Assembly (NCBI GenBank): GCA_031255715.1
Contig: JAIRRZ010000007.1
Location: forward strand, 272 to 64,271
Reading direction: 5' to 3'
From: Puniceicoccales bacterium
Lineage (GTDB): Bacteria > Verrucomicrobiota > Verrucomicrobiia > Opitutales > LL51
DNA length: 64,000 nt
The position numbers and the translations under genes are program-made. Below the pieces are notes generated by a model. That model did not search any database, was not told the DNA's origin, and saw only the letters and a list, made by a program, of their open reading frames with translations. Shown one piece after another: positions 61,576 through 64,000 of this stretch; positions within the stretch are counted from its first letter, which is position 1, and each line of letters starts with the position of its first letter.

Positions 61576-63663
61576 TCAGGGTAACATTAATGTCTTTCGT
61601 ATGGAAAATTCTGCTTGTTTCCCATCATTCCATTGCTGTGTCGGCCGCAAGTAACCAACTACTCGCGAATAAATTTCCGGTTTCATGCCACAATGGGGAC
61701 ATACTTTTTGCTCTCCCGATAAATAACCATGTTGCGGACAAATCGAAAATGTCGGCGTCAATGAAAAATAGGGCAATTTGTAATTGCTAGCAATTTTTCT
61801 TACTAGATTTTTTACAACATTTATATCATAGATACACTCACCTAAAAAGCAATGAACCACCGTTCCACCGGTAAACTTTGTTTGTAAATCATCCTGGTGG
61901 TCTAAAAGTGAAAAAAGATCATCTGTACAATTGACCGGAACATGCACTGAATTTGTATAAAAAGGTACATCGCTTGCACTGGCGTTGATAATTTTACTTC
62001 CGAATTTCACCTTATCCTTTAGTGCCAGTCGGAAAGCCGTGCTTTCAGCTGGTGTTGCTTCCAAATTGAAATGGTTTCCCGTTTCCTTTTGAATTTTCAT
62101 AATTTTCTCGCGCATACGATCGAGTACCTTTAATGCGAATGTTTTTCCACTTTTTGTTGTAATCGTTTCGCCTAAAAGATTCAAACAAGCCTCATTCATG
62201 CCCACGATGCCGATCGTCGAAAAATGATTTTTCCAATAGCAGCCAAAACGTTTTTTGATATCTTTTAAATAGAATGTCGTATAGGGATACAAATTAATAT
62301 TGGTTAATTTTTCCAATAGCGCACGTTTAATTTCGAGACTTTCTGCTGCTAGATTTATCAAATCCATTAGCTGCTCAAAAAATTCCCCTTCATTTTGGGA
62401 GAGATAGGCAATGCGTGGCAAATTGATAGTCACCACACCGATGCTCCCCGTTAGTGGATTTGCTCCAAACAGTCCACCACCGCGCTTCTCTAGTTGAGTG
62501 TTATCGATGCGCAATCGACAACACATGGAACGGGTATCCTCCGGTTTCATGTCGGAATTAACGAAATTCGAAAAATAAGGAATGCCATATTTCCCGGTCA
62601 TTTCCCACAGTCCTTTGAGGTTCTCATTATCCCAATCAAAATTTTTTGTAATATTTATTGTGGGAATTGGAAAAGTCATCACACGGCCATGGGCATCGCC
62701 CTGGGACATAACTCGAAAAAATACGCGATTGAAAATATCCATTTCACACTGAAATTCTCGATAAGTTTGTTGCTGACACTCTCCATTAATCATTACAGGT
62801 TCATTTGCTAAATGCTCAGGACAAAACAAATCTAATGTAATATTTGTAAATGGTGTTTGAAATCCTGTACGAGTCGGCACATTAATATTAAAGATAAATT
62901 CTTGCAGCGCCTGCTCTACCATTTGTTCATTTAAATTGTCATAGCGAATAAAAGGTGCCAGCAAAGTATCGAAATTTGAAAATGCTTGAGCCCCAGCAGC
63001 TTCTCCCTGTAGTGTGTAAAAAAAGTTGACAATCTGACCCAGCGCCGTACGAAAGTGTTTAGGTGGTTTTGCTTCCAATTGGCCTTGCACGCCACAAAAA
63101 CCTTCCCTCAACAAATCAGCAAGATCCCAGCCAACACAGTACACGGAAAGTTGCGTTAAATCATGCAAATGAAAATCTCCGGATTCATGGGCCAACCGAA
63201 TCCGCGCCGGATAAACCTTATTAAGCCAATAATTTTGACTAATGGTTCCCGAAAGATAATGATTTAATCCCTGTAAAGAATAACTCATATTACTACACTC
63301 GCGGACCTCCCAATCGAGCTTCGATAAATATTGATCAACGCGGTCTAGTTCAGCTTTCTGTACTAACTCAGCGATATGATCGCGGCGATCTCGCGCTACG
63401 ATGACAGTTTTTGTACTTGCGTGATATGGGGATCGTAACAATACGGTCTCAATTTCATCTTCTACAACAGAAAAGGAATCAACTTTGCCTTCTTTTAATC
63501 TCTCAATTACTTCATTCGTGAGTGTCCAAGCAATGTTTGAACCAAATTCGCCCGTCGACTTACCAACCTCGCAAAATACGTTATACACCTGTTGCATGAG
63601 CTCCGTTCTCCTGAGCATTTGCATGTCCACTTTTGCGTTTCGTCTAAAAATATATTTTATCAT
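61576..63663 (-). CDS. nrdD: Anaerobic (class III) ribonucleoside-triphosphate reductase
   Basis: 695 aa; C-terminal Zn site CPQHG...CPHCG followed by the glycyl-radical motif SRVVGYLRP; degenerate ATP-cone-like N-terminus. Confidence 0.92.
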   Translation of the reverse strand: MIKYIFRRNAKVDMQMLRRTELMQQVYNVFCEVGKSTGEFGSNIAWTLTNEVIERLKEGKVDSFSVVEDEIETVLLRSPYHASTKTVIVARDRRDHIAELVQKAELDRVDQYLSKLDWEVRECSNMSYSLQGLNHYLSGTISQNYWLNKVYPARIRLAHESGDFHLHDLTQLSVYCVGWDLADLLREGFCGVQGQLEAKPPKHFRTALGQIVNFFYTLQGEAAGAQAFSNFDTLLAPFIRYDNLNEQMVEQALQEFIFNINVPTRTGFQTPFTNITLDLFCPEHLANEPVMINGECQQQTYREFQCEMDIFNRVFFRVMSQGDAHGRVMTFPIPTINITKNFDWDNENLKGLWEMTGKYGIPYFSNFVNSDMKPEDTRSMCCRLRIDNTQLEKRGGGLFGANPLTGSIGVVTINLPRIAYLSQNEGEFFEQLMDLINLAAESLEIKRALLEKLTNINLYPYTTFYLKDIKKRFGCYWKNHFSTIGIVGMNEACLNLLGETITTKSGKTFALKVLDRMREKIMKIQKETGNHFNLEATPAESTAFRLALKDKVKFGSKIINASASDVPFYTNSVHVPVNCTDDLFSLLDHQDDLQTKFTGGTVVHCFLGECIYDINVVKNLVRKIASNYKLPYFSLTPTFSICPQHGYLSGEQKVCPHCGMKPEIYSRVVGYLRPTQQWNDGKQAEFSIRKTLMLP

Positions 63664-63676
63664 AATTTTTAAATTT

Positions 63677-63692
63677 ATACTATATGTAGTCG
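63677..63692. promoter_or_regulatory. Candidate NrdR box 1 upstream of nrdD
   Basis: ATACTATATGTAGTCG matches 12 of 16 positions of the remembered consensus acaCwAtATaTwGtgt. Confidence 0.5.
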
Positions 63693-63708
63693 TCTCAAAT
63701 TAAACTGT

Positions 63709-63724
63709 ATAGAATATATAGTAT
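63709..63724. promoter_or_regulatory. Candidate NrdR box 2 upstream of nrdD
   Basis: ATAGAATATATAGTAT matches 12 of 16 consensus positions; its centre is 32 bp from the box 1 centre (about three helical turns). Confidence 0.5.
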
Positions 63725-63755
63725 TTCTAATTGAAATACGAGAACTTTTTTCTAG

Positions 63756-63823
63756 AACTTATTCACATTGCTTTTGCCTAGAAAACAACACATATTCAGA
63801 TATTTTTCCGAAACTTATTCACA
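63756..63823 (+). repeat. 12-bp direct repeat AACTTATTCACA, two copies
   Basis: Exact copies at 63756-63767 and 63812-63823, 56 bp apart, distal to the NrdR boxes. Confidence 0.8.
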
Positions 63824-63825
63824 AT

Positions 63826-64000
63826 GTCCAGAAGGCTCCGCCCTCTGGACTCCCGCAAGGAGTCACGGACTCCTTGACCTCGATACGCGGCCGAACCATG
63901 CGAAAACGTCGCATGGTTCGGCCGCACCGGTCTTTAATTAAAAATATTAAAGACCCCGCCCGCGGCGAAGCCGCGGGCGGGGGTCTCAGGACCCCCGGTT
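63826..64000. other. Array of consecutive perfect hairpins, GC-enriched, truncated by the window end
   Basis: Stems: 63826-63850 (7 bp), 63848-63864 and 63859-63873 (6 bp each, mutually exclusive), 63887-63925 (17 bp perfect, loop AAACG), 63929-63955 (10 bp), 63951-63986 (hairpin copy B). Confidence 0.85.
63951..63986. repeat. GC-rich hairpin element, copy B (loop inverted relative to copy A)
   Basis: CCCCGCCCGCGGC-GAA-GCCGCGGGCGGGG (63954-63982) is the exact reverse complement of the copy A core. Both copies have an A/T-rich ..TAAAG left flank. Confidence 0.9.

Noticed and set aside
59754-63954. The exact 4200-bp spacing between the two GC-hairpin cores
   Set aside because: This is a striking number, but I see no mechanism that would make it meaningful, so I treat it as coincidence.

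Overview
This is a 64-kb AT-rich (about 40% GC by eye) bacterial chromosome segment. All calls come from reading the ORF translations and the raw DNA; nothing was searched or computed with tools.

Core content (about 24.9-54.9 kb): one uninterrupted plus-strand translation/transcription super-operon. Its order is tRNA-Thr, tuf, tRNA-Trp, secE, nusG, rplKAJL, rpoBC, rpsL, rpsG, fusA, then the S10, spc and alpha blocks through rplQ. adk, infA, rpmJ and a recognisable rpmD are missing from their usual slots. Other housekeeping genes are nusA-infB-rbfA, kdsA (so a diderm with LPS), pgk, grpE-dnaJ (no dnaK), prc and a class III (anaerobic) ribonucleotide reductase, nrdD.

Accessory content:
- A type III secretion export-gate mini-locus (sctS-sctT-sctU, no sctR) lies next to a divergent TPR class-II chaperone-like gene.
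- Three eukaryote-like proteins are present: an ankyrin-repeat protein with a near-identical 198-bp duplication, a Myb/SANT-like protein with a signal peptide, and a kinase-fold gene broken by one in-frame TAA.
- A four-gene translationally coupled pilus-like cluster (lipoprotein, PilM-PilN fusion, Amuc_1100-like, single-pass protein) follows rbfA and has no secretin.
- A pair of zinc-independent (C-minus) L36/L31 genes sits away from the main ribosomal operon.
- Several enzymes carry substituted catalytic motifs.
- A GC-rich 13-bp-stem hairpin occurs twice, bracketing a beta-CASP nuclease plus nrdD. A dense array of perfect hairpins runs off the 3' window edge.

Taxonomy is not established. 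The EF-Tu switch-I variant, the pilus-like cluster and the T3SS hint, from memory only, at the PVC superphylum and a host-associated anaerobic lifestyle. I found no CRISPR array, rRNA, intact transposase or recognisable defence system.
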